60,887 nucleotides of DNA from Candidatus Polarisedimenticolia bacterium (GTDB lineage Bacteria > Acidobacteriota > Polarisedimenticolia > Gp22-AA2 > AA152). Location: contig DASTZC010000226.1 of the NCBI GenBank assembly GCA_035764505.1, forward strand, positions 1 to 60,887. The letters run 5' to 3'. Each line of letters begins with the position of its first letter. The first letter of the stretch is position 1. Shown in pieces: positions 7,983 to 16,687 of the stretch. Under the pieces are notes generated by a model, which did not search any database, had not been told where the DNA came from, and saw only the letters and a program-made list of their open reading frames with translations. The position numbers were made by a program, and so were the translations under genes.

Positions 7983-10727
7983 ATGAAATCGATCAGCGCC
8001 ACTGTCCTCGCCCTGTTGTCGATCGCGACTCTCGGTCTCGCCCAGGCTCAAGAGGCATCGCAGGCTCCCACGACGCCGGACAGCGTGCCGGGAGGAGATC
8101 TGCGTGTCGCCGGTGACCCGGCCAACCCCCGTTCCTTTCCTCTCAAGCACACCGAGGTCCACGCCGAGATCACGGGAAGCGTGGCCCAGGTCCGAGTGGA
8201 TCAGGTCTTCCAGAACCCGTATGACCGGATCATCGAAGCAATCTATGTCTTTCCGCTTCCTCACCGGGCGGCGGTGGACGACATGGAGATCCGACTCGGG
8301 GATCGAACCATCCGCGGGACGATCGAGCGGAGGGAGGAAGCTCGGGCAATCTACGAGAAAGCCCGCAGCTCCGGCCGGGCCGCCGCGCTGCTGGATCAGG
8401 AGCGGCCCAACATCTTCACGCAGTCGGTGGCGAACATCCTGCCGGGCGAGGAGATCGTGGTCAGCCTGCGGTATTTCGACCTGCTGCCCTACGAGTCAGG
8501 CTCCTACGAGTTCGTCTTTCCGATGGTCGTGGGGCCGCGTTTCATTCCGGGCGAGCCGGTCGGAAAACAAGGAAGCGGCTGGTCCGCCGATACCTCCGTC
8601 GTTCCCGACGCCTCACGCATCACGCCGCCGGTGCTCAAGTCGGATGAGCGATCGGGACGCGACATCGCGGTCGAAATCGATCTGAAAGCCGGCATCCGGA
8701 TACAGGCTCTCTCCTCTCGGACCCATAAGGTGGAGATCGAGCGGCCGGCGCCCGATCAGGCCCGGATTCGGCTGCGGCCGGAGGATGCGATTCCCAACAA
8801 GGACTTCGTGATGCGTTACCGCATCGACGGCGCCGTTCCCGGCGTCGTCATGCTGCCACATCGGACCGGCAAGCAGGGCAACTTCCTCCTTCTCATCCAG
8901 CCGGAGGCAAAGCCCTGGCCGGAGCACATCATGCCCAAGGAGATGGTCTTCGTCGTGGACTGCTCGGGCTCGATGTCGGGATTCCCCATCGAGAAGGTCA
9001 AGGAGGCGATGCATTACGCCCTCGACAGCCTCAATCCACTGGACAACTTCCAGATCATCCGCTTCTCGAATCAGGCCGAGAGCTTTGCGCAAGGTCCGGT
9101 CCCGGCGAGTCCCGCCCATGTCGCTCTGGCCCACGCCTATGTGGACGGTCTCTCCGGAGCGGGAGGAACCATCATGCTCGAGGGAGTCAAGACCGCCTTG
9201 AGCTACCCCGAAGATCCGCAGCGCCTGCGGATCATCTCGTTCATGACGGACGGATATATCGGCAACGAAACTCAGATTCTCGATTACCTCCGCAAGAACC
9301 TGGGCGGCGCACGCCTCTTCTCCTTCGGCGTCGGCAGCTCTCCCAACCGGTTCCTCCTCGAGAAGATGGCGGAATTCGGGCGCGGCGGCGTGCAGTACCT
9401 CCTCCCGAATGGCAACGTGACGGAGGCAATCCAGGGCTTCTACGACAGGATTCGCAATCCGTACCTGACGGATATCAGCGTGGACTGGGGTACGGCGCAA
9501 GTGTCGGAGCTATTCCCGAAAGAGGTTCCGGACCTCTTCCTCGGCCAGAGTGTCACCCTCTTCGGAGCTTATGAAAAACCGGGATCCGCCGAAATCACTT
9601 TACGGGGCAGGCTCGGCGGCAAGCCCTATGAGCAGAAGCTGCGAGTAGAGCTGCCGGAACAGGCGGCGGACGGCGAGGCCATCGGCACCCTGTGGGCCCG
9701 GTCCAAGATCGAAGAGCTTTCCGATCGCATGATCGAGAGCCCCCAGAGCTCGATCGTGGAGGAGATAACCCAGATCGCGATGGAGCATCGCCTCGTCTCT
9801 TCCTACACCTCGTTCGTGGCGGTGGAAGAACAGCCAAGGACGAACGGCGAACAGCCCGCTGTGGTCCCTGTTCCCGTCCCCTTGCCTGAAGGGATGAAGG
9901 ACCCGGAAGCGGAGAAGCCTGTCCTTGGCGGGGTCGTCGGTGGAGTGGTGGGCGGGGTCATCGGCGGTGTCCTGGGAGGGGTTCCGGGAGGCATCCCAGG
10001 GCCTCCGCCTTCTCCGGAAAAAACCCGGGGGCCTTACAACGAAAGAGTTCGCGTCGAAGGCAAAGAGGAAGGTGTCAGCACCGGGAGCACGCGAATGAGT
10101 ACGACCATTACTTCCGAGTATGTTTCCGGCCTCCCCATGCTGGGCACCGACTATCAGGATGTCCTGACTTTGGCTCCTGGTGTCATCGATGCCGGAAAAC
10201 AGGCTTGTGCCACCGTGCGTGGTTCGCGCGACACCGAAGCGGTAGGCCTGGTGGATGGCGTGAACACGTCCAACGTGACCGGTGGGAAGCAGACGGAAAT
10301 CGAAGGCCTCGAGGCAACCCTGTCCTCCGTCGGCGCGCAGCAGACCGCACCCCGGCAGGACTCGCTCTTCCTCTTTCTCCGTACGGCGCGCACAGGCTAT
10401 CGGGTCGGCGAGCCGATCGAGATTCTCGTCGCCATCAAGAACCTGTCCCTGAACAATCTCATGATTCCCGATGCTCTATCCGTCGAGGATGGAAGCTCCT
10501 CTTTCAGGATCCTGGACGATGCGGGAAACATCCTCGACCAGCCGGAGCCAGGGATCTGCCTGGAGAGAAAGAGGACCATCGCTCCCGGGGCGTGGTTCGT
10601 GTACAGGCTCGTGCTCAACGGTGCGGGAAGGTTCCAGCTGGATCGTCCCGGTGTCTACCAGGTCAGGTTCCTGGGGTTCGACGCCGGCCTGCCCGACTCC
10701 ACCCTGCTGCTGAAACTCGAGCCGTAG
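7983..10727 (+). CDS. secreted VIT + von Willebrand A domain protein with Gly/Val-rich linker, TonB-receptor-plug-like segment and extra C-terminal domain
   Basis: 914 aa with a signal peptide (LGLAQA|QEA). VIT motifs are VFPLPHRAAVDDMEIRLGDRTIRGTIERREEA..YE.A. The vWA MIDAS motif is VFVVDCSGSMSG. The linker is GGVVGGVVGGVIGGVLGGVPGG. The segment GLPMLGTDYQDVLTLAPGV...VRGSR...VDGV resembles a plug. Confidence 0.85.
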   Translation: MKSISATVLALLSIATLGLAQAQEASQAPTTPDSVPGGDLRVAGDPANPRSFPLKHTEVHAEITGSVAQVRVDQVFQNPYDRIIEAIYVFPLPHRAAVDDMEIRLGDRTIRGTIERREEARAIYEKARSSGRAAALLDQERPNIFTQSVANILPGEEIVVSLRYFDLLPYESGSYEFVFPMVVGPRFIPGEPVGKQGSGWSADTSVVPDASRITPPVLKSDERSGRDIAVEIDLKAGIRIQALSSRTHKVEIERPAPDQARIRLRPEDAIPNKDFVMRYRIDGAVPGVVMLPHRTGKQGNFLLLIQPEAKPWPEHIMPKEMVFVVDCSGSMSGFPIEKVKEAMHYALDSLNPLDNFQIIRFSNQAESFAQGPVPASPAHVALAHAYVDGLSGAGGTIMLEGVKTALSYPEDPQRLRIISFMTDGYIGNETQILDYLRKNLGGARLFSFGVGSSPNRFLLEKMAEFGRGGVQYLLPNGNVTEAIQGFYDRIRNPYLTDISVDWGTAQVSELFPKEVPDLFLGQSVTLFGAYEKPGSAEITLRGRLGGKPYEQKLRVELPEQAADGEAIGTLWARSKIEELSDRMIESPQSSIVEEITQIAMEHRLVSSYTSFVAVEEQPRTNGEQPAVVPVPVPLPEGMKDPEAEKPVLGGVVGGVVGGVIGGVLGGVPGGIPGPPPSPEKTRGPYNERVRVEGKEEGVSTGSTRMSTTITSEYVSGLPMLGTDYQDVLTLAPGVIDAGKQACATVRGSRDTEAVGLVDGVNTSNVTGGKQTEIEGLEATLSSVGAQQTAPRQDSLFLFLRTARTGYRVGEPIEILVAIKNLSLNNLMIPDALSVEDGSSSFRILDDAGNILDQPEPGICLERKRTIAPGAWFVYRLVLNGAGRFQLDRPGVYQVRFLGFDAGLPDSTLLLKLEP

Positions 10728-10786
10728 GCGCGAAGGGCCTGCTGCCGTCGCCGCGGATGCGGCAACGGACTTCGGTCCAGCTCCGA

Positions 10787-11566
10787 TCAGGGGAACTCAA
10801 TTGCCGAAATGCCCCACTTGAATCGGAGCACGGGCTTACAGGCAGAAGCCTCCACGGTGACGGTCACCGAACCGTGGAGAGTTCCTGAATCCGGCGGAGT
10901 GATTGTGAATGCGACCTTGCCGGTCTCTTTCAGCTTCGCGGAGGCCTCGTAGCTGCCGCCCGGTCCCTTGAAAGCGTAATGAATCGCCTCTTCGGGCTTG
11001 AAGCCGTCTCCCTCAATCAGCCAGGTGTCGGCGTTCAGGGAAAGGCGCTTCGCCTGCAGCCGGCAGCCTCGATCCTCTGCCTCGATCGGAAATGGGATGA
11101 CTTCGACAAAGCCCTTCTGCTCGCCGTCCGGGGAGATGAGACCCAGCATGTAGACCTGGCCGGCCAAAAAGCCGATGGCGTTGATATCGTTTTCTTCCAA
11201 GCCCGCTTGGCATTGAGTCTTGGGTGTCTCCGATACTTTTGGAGGCTCCGGCTGGGGGCAAGCCACTTTCCCTGCGTCGTCCACGCGGAATCCCGACTGC
11301 GACAGGTTCCCATTCTTCGTGCTCCAGACCCAGCTATAGAGACTGAGCTCCTTGCCGGGGTTGAAGCCTGTTGCCGACAGTTTGTAATGGACAAAAGTCA
11401 CTTTCCCTCGCTTCTCCCTGCTCATCTCCTTCAGCTTCAGCTCTACGCCCGGTGAATTCTTCGAGGAATACTCGTATCGGGGCCCCTCCGGGCTCGATTC
11501 AGGAACAGCCGCCGTGATGGACAGACCAAGGAACGCGCAGACCAGCGAAATCATTGCACGGCTCAT
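10787..11566 (-). CDS. hypothetical secreted protein
   Basis: 259 aa with a GGGAGG RBS and signal peptide MSRAMISLVCAFLGLSITAAV. It is beta-rich with no recognised motifs. Confidence 0.55.
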   Translation of the reverse strand: MSRAMISLVCAFLGLSITAAVPESSPEGPRYEYSSKNSPGVELKLKEMSREKRGKVTFVHYKLSATGFNPGKELSLYSWVWSTKNGNLSQSGFRVDDAGKVACPQPEPPKVSETPKTQCQAGLEENDINAIGFLAGQVYMLGLISPDGEQKGFVEVIPFPIEAEDRGCRLQAKRLSLNADTWLIEGDGFKPEEAIHYAFKGPGGSYEASAKLKETGKVAFTITPPDSGTLHGSVTVTVEASACKPVLRFKWGISAIEFP

Positions 11567-11661
11567 TTTTCCTCCCTGAAATCAGGGTTGGTCATGCTCC
11601 ATCCTCGTGGGCAGTTTGTGATAGTAATGCATCTGCTGGCAACCGCTCACGGGAGTTCGTG

Positions 11662-13068
11662 ATGTCCAATCTTCGGCTTCTGCTCGCCGCTCTCACCCCG
11701 ATGGTTCTGGCCATGCCGGCGTGGGCAAGCGGACCGGCGGCGGATCCCAAGCAGCCAGCCGTGAAACAGCTCGACCGGACGGCGCTGGCGGCCGAAGTAC
11801 GCGACGAGTTCCTGCGCTCGTGGAAGGCCTACAAGGAATACGCCTGGGGCCACGATGAGCTCAAGCCACTCACCAAGGCACCCAGGGACTGGTACGGCGA
11901 GAGCCTGCTCATGACGCCGGTCGACGCCCTGGACACCATGCTCCTGATGGGCTTGACCGAGGAAGCAGACGAGGCGAAACAGCTGATCCTCGACAAGCTC
12001 TCTTTCGACCGGGACCTCCCGGTCAAGAACTTCGAAATCACCATCCGGCTGCTCGGCGGGCTGCTGTCGAGCTACCAGATCACCGGCGACGAGCGGTTGC
12101 TGCGTCTCGCCGACGATCTCGGAGGGCGCCTGCTCCCCGCCTTCGAATCGCCCACCGGCATGCCGTATATGTTCGTCAATCTCAAGACGGGCAAGCCTTC
12201 CGGAGCGCGCAGCAATCCCGCCGAAATCGGTACCCTGGTCCTGGAGTTCGGAACCCTCTCCCGGCTCACCGGCAAGCAGGTGTACTACGACAAAGCCAAG
12301 AACGCCCTGGTGCAGCTCTATCGCCGCCGATCGAAGATGGGACTGGTGGGCGAGGAGATCGACGTGGAGACCGGCCATTGGGTCAGCCCGCAGAGCCATG
12401 TGGGCGGCGGCATCGATTCCTACTATGAGTACCTCCTCAAGTGCTCGCGGCTGTTCGACGATAAGGAATGCGGGACGATGTGGCGGGAAAGCCTGAGCGC
12501 CCTCAACAAGCATCTGGCCGACGAGGCGCCTTCGGGATTCTGGTACGCCCAGGTGGACATGAACACCGGCAAGCGCACCGCGAGCGAGTTCGGCGCGCTG
12601 CACGCGTTCCTGCCCGCGGTGCTCGCCCTGGGGGGCGATCTGAAGCACGCGCGCCGCCTTCAGTCATCCTGCGACAAGATGTGGCGGATGCATGGCATCG
12701 AGCCCGACCTGTTCGACTATCGGTCGATGCGCGTCGTCGCCCCCGCCTACCCGCTGCGCCCCGAGATCATCGAATCAGCCACCATCCTCCATCGCCTCAC
12801 CCGGGATCCCATTTATCTGGCGATGGGACGCGCCTACTTCGAGGCAATCAAGCAGCGCTGCCGGACGGATGCCGGCACCACGGTCCTGAAGGACGTCACC
12901 ACCGGGGAACAAGGCGATCTGATGCCCAGCTATTACCTCGCCGAGACCCTCAAGTACCTCTATCTTCTCTTCTCCCCCGACAGCAAGCTCGATCTGGATA
13001 AGGTCGTCTTCAATACCGAGGCCCATCCGCTGCGGAAAGCCGCGCCCCGGCCGGACGGCGCGCGCTGA
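11662..13068 (+). CDS. glycoside hydrolase family 47 (class I alpha-1,2-mannosidase-like), secreted
   Basis: Start chosen at MSNLRLLLAALTPMVLAMPAWA (signal peptide). Motifs are AWGHDELKPL, TPVDALDTMLLMGL, FEITIRLLGGLLSSYQITGD and ESPTGMPY, and the C-terminal LAETLKYLYLLF is typical of GH47. Confidence 0.85.
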   Translation: MSNLRLLLAALTPMVLAMPAWASGPAADPKQPAVKQLDRTALAAEVRDEFLRSWKAYKEYAWGHDELKPLTKAPRDWYGESLLMTPVDALDTMLLMGLTEEADEAKQLILDKLSFDRDLPVKNFEITIRLLGGLLSSYQITGDERLLRLADDLGGRLLPAFESPTGMPYMFVNLKTGKPSGARSNPAEIGTLVLEFGTLSRLTGKQVYYDKAKNALVQLYRRRSKMGLVGEEIDVETGHWVSPQSHVGGGIDSYYEYLLKCSRLFDDKECGTMWRESLSALNKHLADEAPSGFWYAQVDMNTGKRTASEFGALHAFLPAVLALGGDLKHARRLQSSCDKMWRMHGIEPDLFDYRSMRVVAPAYPLRPEIIESATILHRLTRDPIYLAMGRAYFEAIKQRCRTDAGTTVLKDVTTGEQGDLMPSYYLAETLKYLYLLFSPDSKLDLDKVVFNTEAHPLRKAAPRPDGAR

Positions 13069-13158
13069 GGCCGGCGGCTCCACGCTCGGCTTTCTCGCGT
13101 GACAACGGCGGATGCGCTACCATCCCGGCGCACGTTGTCGCCAGTGCGGAGGGCCAAC

Positions 13159-13707
13159 ATGATGACCGCCCCATCCCGGACGCTCGACGAGCAGCGCGCC
13201 GAGTTCGCGCGCAATCGCTTCCTCGCCATGCCGATAGCCGGCATCATCGCCTGGACCATCATCGGCATCGGCGGCGCCTTCCTGCCGGTGCCCCTCGCTT
13301 CCTGGCTCCTGTTCATTGGCACCGGCTCGATCTTCGGCCTCGGCCTGCTGGTCGCCCGGTTCACCGGCGAAGATCTCCTGGGAAAGACGAGGAACAAGAA
13401 CGTCTTCGACGATCTGTTCTTTCACACCCTGGTGATGGCCTGGCTGATTTTCTCCATCGCCATCCCCTTCTTCATGATCGAGCCCACCTCGCTGCCGCTG
13501 TCGGTCGGAATCCTCTCCGGCCTGATGTGGATCCCCTTCTCCTGGATCATCCAGCACTGGGTTGGCCTGTTCCACGGCATCGTACGCACCGTCCTCATCG
13601 TCGTGGCCTGGTACCTGTTCCCACAGCGCCGCTTCGTCGTCATCCCCGCGATTATCGTGGCAGTCTACCTGGTGACGATCGCCGTCCTGGCCCGCCGCCG
13701 GCGGTGA
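13159..13707 (+). CDS. hypothetical integral membrane protein (about 5 TM helices)
   Basis: GGAGGG RBS lies 5 nt before ATG 13159. Hydrophobic helices include IAGIIAWTIIGIGGAFL, WLLFIGTGSIFGLGLLV, TLVMAWLIFSIAIPFFMI, VGILSGLMWIPFSWII and LIVVAWYLF...IIVAVYLVTIAVL. Confidence 0.6.
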   Translation: MMTAPSRTLDEQRAEFARNRFLAMPIAGIIAWTIIGIGGAFLPVPLASWLLFIGTGSIFGLGLLVARFTGEDLLGKTRNKNVFDDLFFHTLVMAWLIFSIAIPFFMIEPTSLPLSVGILSGLMWIPFSWIIQHWVGLFHGIVRTVLIVVAWYLFPQRRFVVIPAIIVAVYLVTIAVLARRRR

Positions 13708-13819
13708 CTGGTTACCCGCTGCCGCATCTTCAAAACGACGTTGACAGCGCTCTGGCATGGCGTCGCGACAAAATGCTGGCATTGACTCCCTGCGCAATCG
13801 GCTCTATCGTAAGCTCCGC

Positions 13820-14164
13820 ATGTCCTCAATCCGGCTGTTGACCAAGACGGGCCGCGCGAATACGGCCAAAGCCGCCGCCCTTCTTGTCCTCTGCATCCTG
13901 GCGTTGGACCTCACCGACGCTGCCTGCGACCCCCTGATCATTTCCTGGGGGACGCCGGGTCTCTCCGACGTGCAGGCGGGAGACGGCGACCCATGCGGGG
14001 ACACCTGCGTTCCCGACTGCTTCTGCTGCTCTTCGAGCGTTCCCGCCGTCCACCTGAGCCTGGCGTGGGAATGGGCTCCAAGCGTCGTGACTGAGAATCC
14101 CTGCAATCCAAGACCCTCTTCGGGGTTCCCGAACTTCCCCGATCACATCCCGATCTCCGCGTAA
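13820..14164 (+). CDS. small Cys-rich membrane-anchored protein upstream of the RND efflux operon
   Basis: 114 aa counted from MSSIRLL. One TM helix (AAALLVLCILALDL) is followed by CDPLI...DPCGDTCVPDCFCCSSS. G/C third-position bias supports coding. It is co-directional with the TolC-like gene and lies about 110 nt upstream of it. Confidence 0.5.
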   Translation: MSSIRLLTKTGRANTAKAAALLVLCILALDLTDAACDPLIISWGTPGLSDVQAGDGDPCGDTCVPDCFCCSSSVPAVHLSLAWEWAPSVVTENPCNPRPSSGFPNFPDHIPISA

Positions 14165-14276
14165 TCCCCAGCGTCCCTTCTTACATCTTCATAAGAGTCC
14201 TTTCGGGTCGTCCCCGAGGACATCAAGCGCCGGGCGGCGCCGGCGACTTCTCTCTCCTGATTCGTCGAGGTTGGTG

Positions 14277-15503
14277 ATGTGGAAAAGATCCCCGTGGGTC
14301 CTGCTATCCCTGTCTTTGTCAGCCGTCGCCGTCGCGGGCGACGAAAGGACGATTACCCTCGACGAAGCACTGCGCCGCGCCCAGGAGCAGTCTCCCGCGG
14401 GGCTGGAGATCGCCCTGGAGGTCGAGAGAGCGCGCGCCCGGATTGGCGCCAGCGGTCTTTGGAGCAATCCGGAATTCGCGCTCGTGCGCGAGGAATCGGC
14501 GGGCGTCGTGGAGCGTTTCGCGAACGTCACCCAGACTTTTCCTTTGACGGGCCGCCTGGCGCTCGAGCGGGACTCGGCCCGCCGGGGCCATGCGGCGGCC
14601 GAAGCCGCGGCCAGTCAGGAAAGGGTCGCCCTGCGCGCCAGGGTGCAGGCATCCTTCATCGACCTGCTGCTTGCCCAGGAGCGCGCCGGTACCGTCGAGA
14701 CCGCACGCTCGCAGATGCAGGAGCTGGTGGAAGCCCTGCGCGCTCGCGAGCGCGAAGGTGAGTCTTCGGGATTCGATCGCATGAGAGCGGAGCGGGAGCT
14801 TGCCGAGATCGCCGCGGACCTTGCCCTCGCCCGCGGAGAGCTTGCCGGCGCCGGCTCTTCCCTGGCGGCGCTCGTGAACCTGCCGCCTGATGGCCTGCTG
14901 GCCACGGGCCGGCTGGATGCCGAAGAACCCCTGCCGAAGCGTGAGGAAGTCCTCCGACGCTTCGAAACCCGGGGCGACGTCGTGGCACTGGACCTCGAGG
15001 CCGAGGGCTCCGATCTGGCGGCTCGCGCCGCGCATCGCCGCGCGGTCCCCGACGCCGCGCTCACGTTCGGAACCAAGACCACGGAAGCGGGCAACTCCGA
15101 GGACAGAGGACCGGTTCTCGGCATCGCTCTCTCCATCCCTATCCTCGACCGGGGACAGGGGCAGCGCGGAGTGGCCCGGGCGGAAGCCGCCTTGGCGCGC
15201 GCCCGGCGAGCGGCCCTGGCGCGACAGGTCCTCGGCGAGATCGAGGCCGCCTATGCCGACACCGTCTCACGCCGCGACGCGGAGCTTGCCTACGGCGGCT
15301 TGGATGACCCGGAGGACCTCGTCCGGATCGCCCGTGCGGCCTACGACGCCGGAAGCATGGGGATTCTCGAGCTCCTCGACGCCTATCGCACCGTTCTCGC
15401 AGTGCGCCTCCGGCAGCTCGAGCTCCACGCGGCCGCCCGCCGCGCGGAAACCATCCTGGATCTGGCGATCGGGGGGAATTCTCCCTCGGCGGAGGCCCGA
15501 TGA
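14277..15503 (+). CDS. TolC-family outer-membrane efflux protein (CzcC-like)
   Basis: About 408 aa with signal peptide MWKRSPWVLLSLSLSAVAVAG. It has Ala/Arg/Glu-rich coiled repeats typical of OEP proteins. Its stop overlaps the next gene's ATG (ATGA). The track ORF begins at 14271 with TTG. Confidence 0.85.
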   Translation: MWKRSPWVLLSLSLSAVAVAGDERTITLDEALRRAQEQSPAGLEIALEVERARARIGASGLWSNPEFALVREESAGVVERFANVTQTFPLTGRLALERDSARRGHAAAEAAASQERVALRARVQASFIDLLLAQERAGTVETARSQMQELVEALRAREREGESSGFDRMRAERELAEIAADLALARGELAGAGSSLAALVNLPPDGLLATGRLDAEEPLPKREEVLRRFETRGDVVALDLEAEGSDLAARAAHRRAVPDAALTFGTKTTEAGNSEDRGPVLGIALSIPILDRGQGQRGVARAEAALARARRAALARQVLGEIEAAYADTVSRRDAELAYGGLDDPEDLVRIARAAYDAGSMGILELLDAYRTVLAVRLRQLELHAAARRAETILDLAIGGNSPSAEAR

Positions 15504-16687
15504 TGCACCCTGTGTCTCACGCGCAACCCCGGTGGGCGAAACCGACCCTGACCACGCTGCTCTTCCTGGCGATTGCCTGCGGCGGGACACCGGAGCCGGA
15601 GCACGAGAAAGAAGCGGCACATCCGGCCAGGGAAGAGATCGTCCTCTCGACGGAGGCCGTCCGGGCGGCAGGCATCGAGGTCGTTTCGGTCTCCCGTGAG
15701 ACGTTCCACCCTCACGTCATCGCCAGCGGGATCATCCGTCCCATCGCGTCGAAGAACGTGACGGTGAGGCCCCTCGCCGGCGGCCGGGTGGTCCGGGTCC
15801 TCGCCGACATCGGGGACCGGGTCAGGCGAGGTCAGATCCTGGCCAGCATCGAAGGCGCCGAAGTGAGCGCCGCCGTGGCCAGGCATCGGACCGCGGCCGC
15901 GCACGAGGAAGCCGCCAGGCGCGCCCTGGAGCGCGGCGAGAAGCTCCTGGAGATGAAAGGCATCAGCCGTGCCGAGGTGGAGATCCGCCGCGCCGAAGCC
16001 GAATCCGCGTCGGCGGAGGCCCAGGCGGCCCGGCAGGATCTCGCTCGCCTCGGACTCGATCCCGACGATAAATCGCTGGCCGATCGCCCTCGCGCCGAGT
16101 TTTCCGTGACGGCTCCCATGGAGGGGGTCGTCCTGTCACGGTCCCTCTCACCGGGATTGCTGGTCGGGCGGGAAGCCGCCCTGTTCGAGATCGCCGAGCT
16201 GTCTCGAGTCTGGGCCATCGTAGATGTCTACGAGAAGGACCTCGGACAGGTCCGGGACCAGGGTGAGGTGGAGATCACGACCGACACCTTCCCAGGGTCC
16301 GTCTTCACGGGAACGATCGCCCTTATCGAGCCGTCGCTCGACGAGGCGGGGCGGACGGCCCATCTGCGGGTGGCTCTCGACAACGCCTCGGGACAGCTTC
16401 GTCCCGGGATGTTCATCACGGCCGCGATTCCATTGCGCGGAGCAACCGATGCCGAAGCGACCGCCGTTCCCAGCGACGCCGTGCAGATGATCACCGGCCT
16501 GCCCGCGGTCTTCGTCGAGAAAGGACCCGGGCGGTTCGAGCTGCGGCCCGTCGAGGTGGGCCGGGAGGCGCACGGGATGACGGAGATCCGCCACGGCTTG
16601 AAGGAGCAGGAGCGCGTGGCGACAAAGGGCGCCTTCGTTCTCAAGTCGGAATTGCTGAAAGGGACCATCGAAGGCGAGGAGCACTGA
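15500..16687 (+). CDS. efflux RND periplasmic adaptor subunit (CzcB/CusB-like, HlyD family)
   Basis: 395 aa. The layout is a lipoyl/barrel-sandwich with an alpha-hairpin (AEVEIRRAEAESASAEAQAARQDLARLG). It is translationally coupled on both sides. Confidence 0.9.
   Translation: MMHPVSHAQPRWAKPTLTTLLFLAIACGGTPEPEHEKEAAHPAREEIVLSTEAVRAAGIEVVSVSRETFHPHVIASGIIRPIASKNVTVRPLAGGRVVRVLADIGDRVRRGQILASIEGAEVSAAVARHRTAAAHEEAARRALERGEKLLEMKGISRAEVEIRRAEAESASAEAQAARQDLARLGLDPDDKSLADRPRAEFSVTAPMEGVVLSRSLSPGLLVGREAALFEIAELSRVWAIVDVYEKDLGQVRDQGEVEITTDTFPGSVFTGTIALIEPSLDEAGRTAHLRVALDNASGQLRPGMFITAAIPLRGATDAEATAVPSDAVQMITGLPAVFVEKGPGRFELRPVEVGREAHGMTEIRHGLKEQERVATKGAFVLKSELLKGTIEGEEH

Noticed and set aside
9880-10010. 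GGTGG/GGCGG-rich DNA encoding GGVVGGVVGGVIGGVLGGVPGG, considered as a possible slippage-prone repeat or gene boundary
   Set aside because: The reading frame is continuous with coding bias on both sides. Similar Gly/Val linkers are common in acidobacterial envelope proteins, so it is treated as an intragenic linker.
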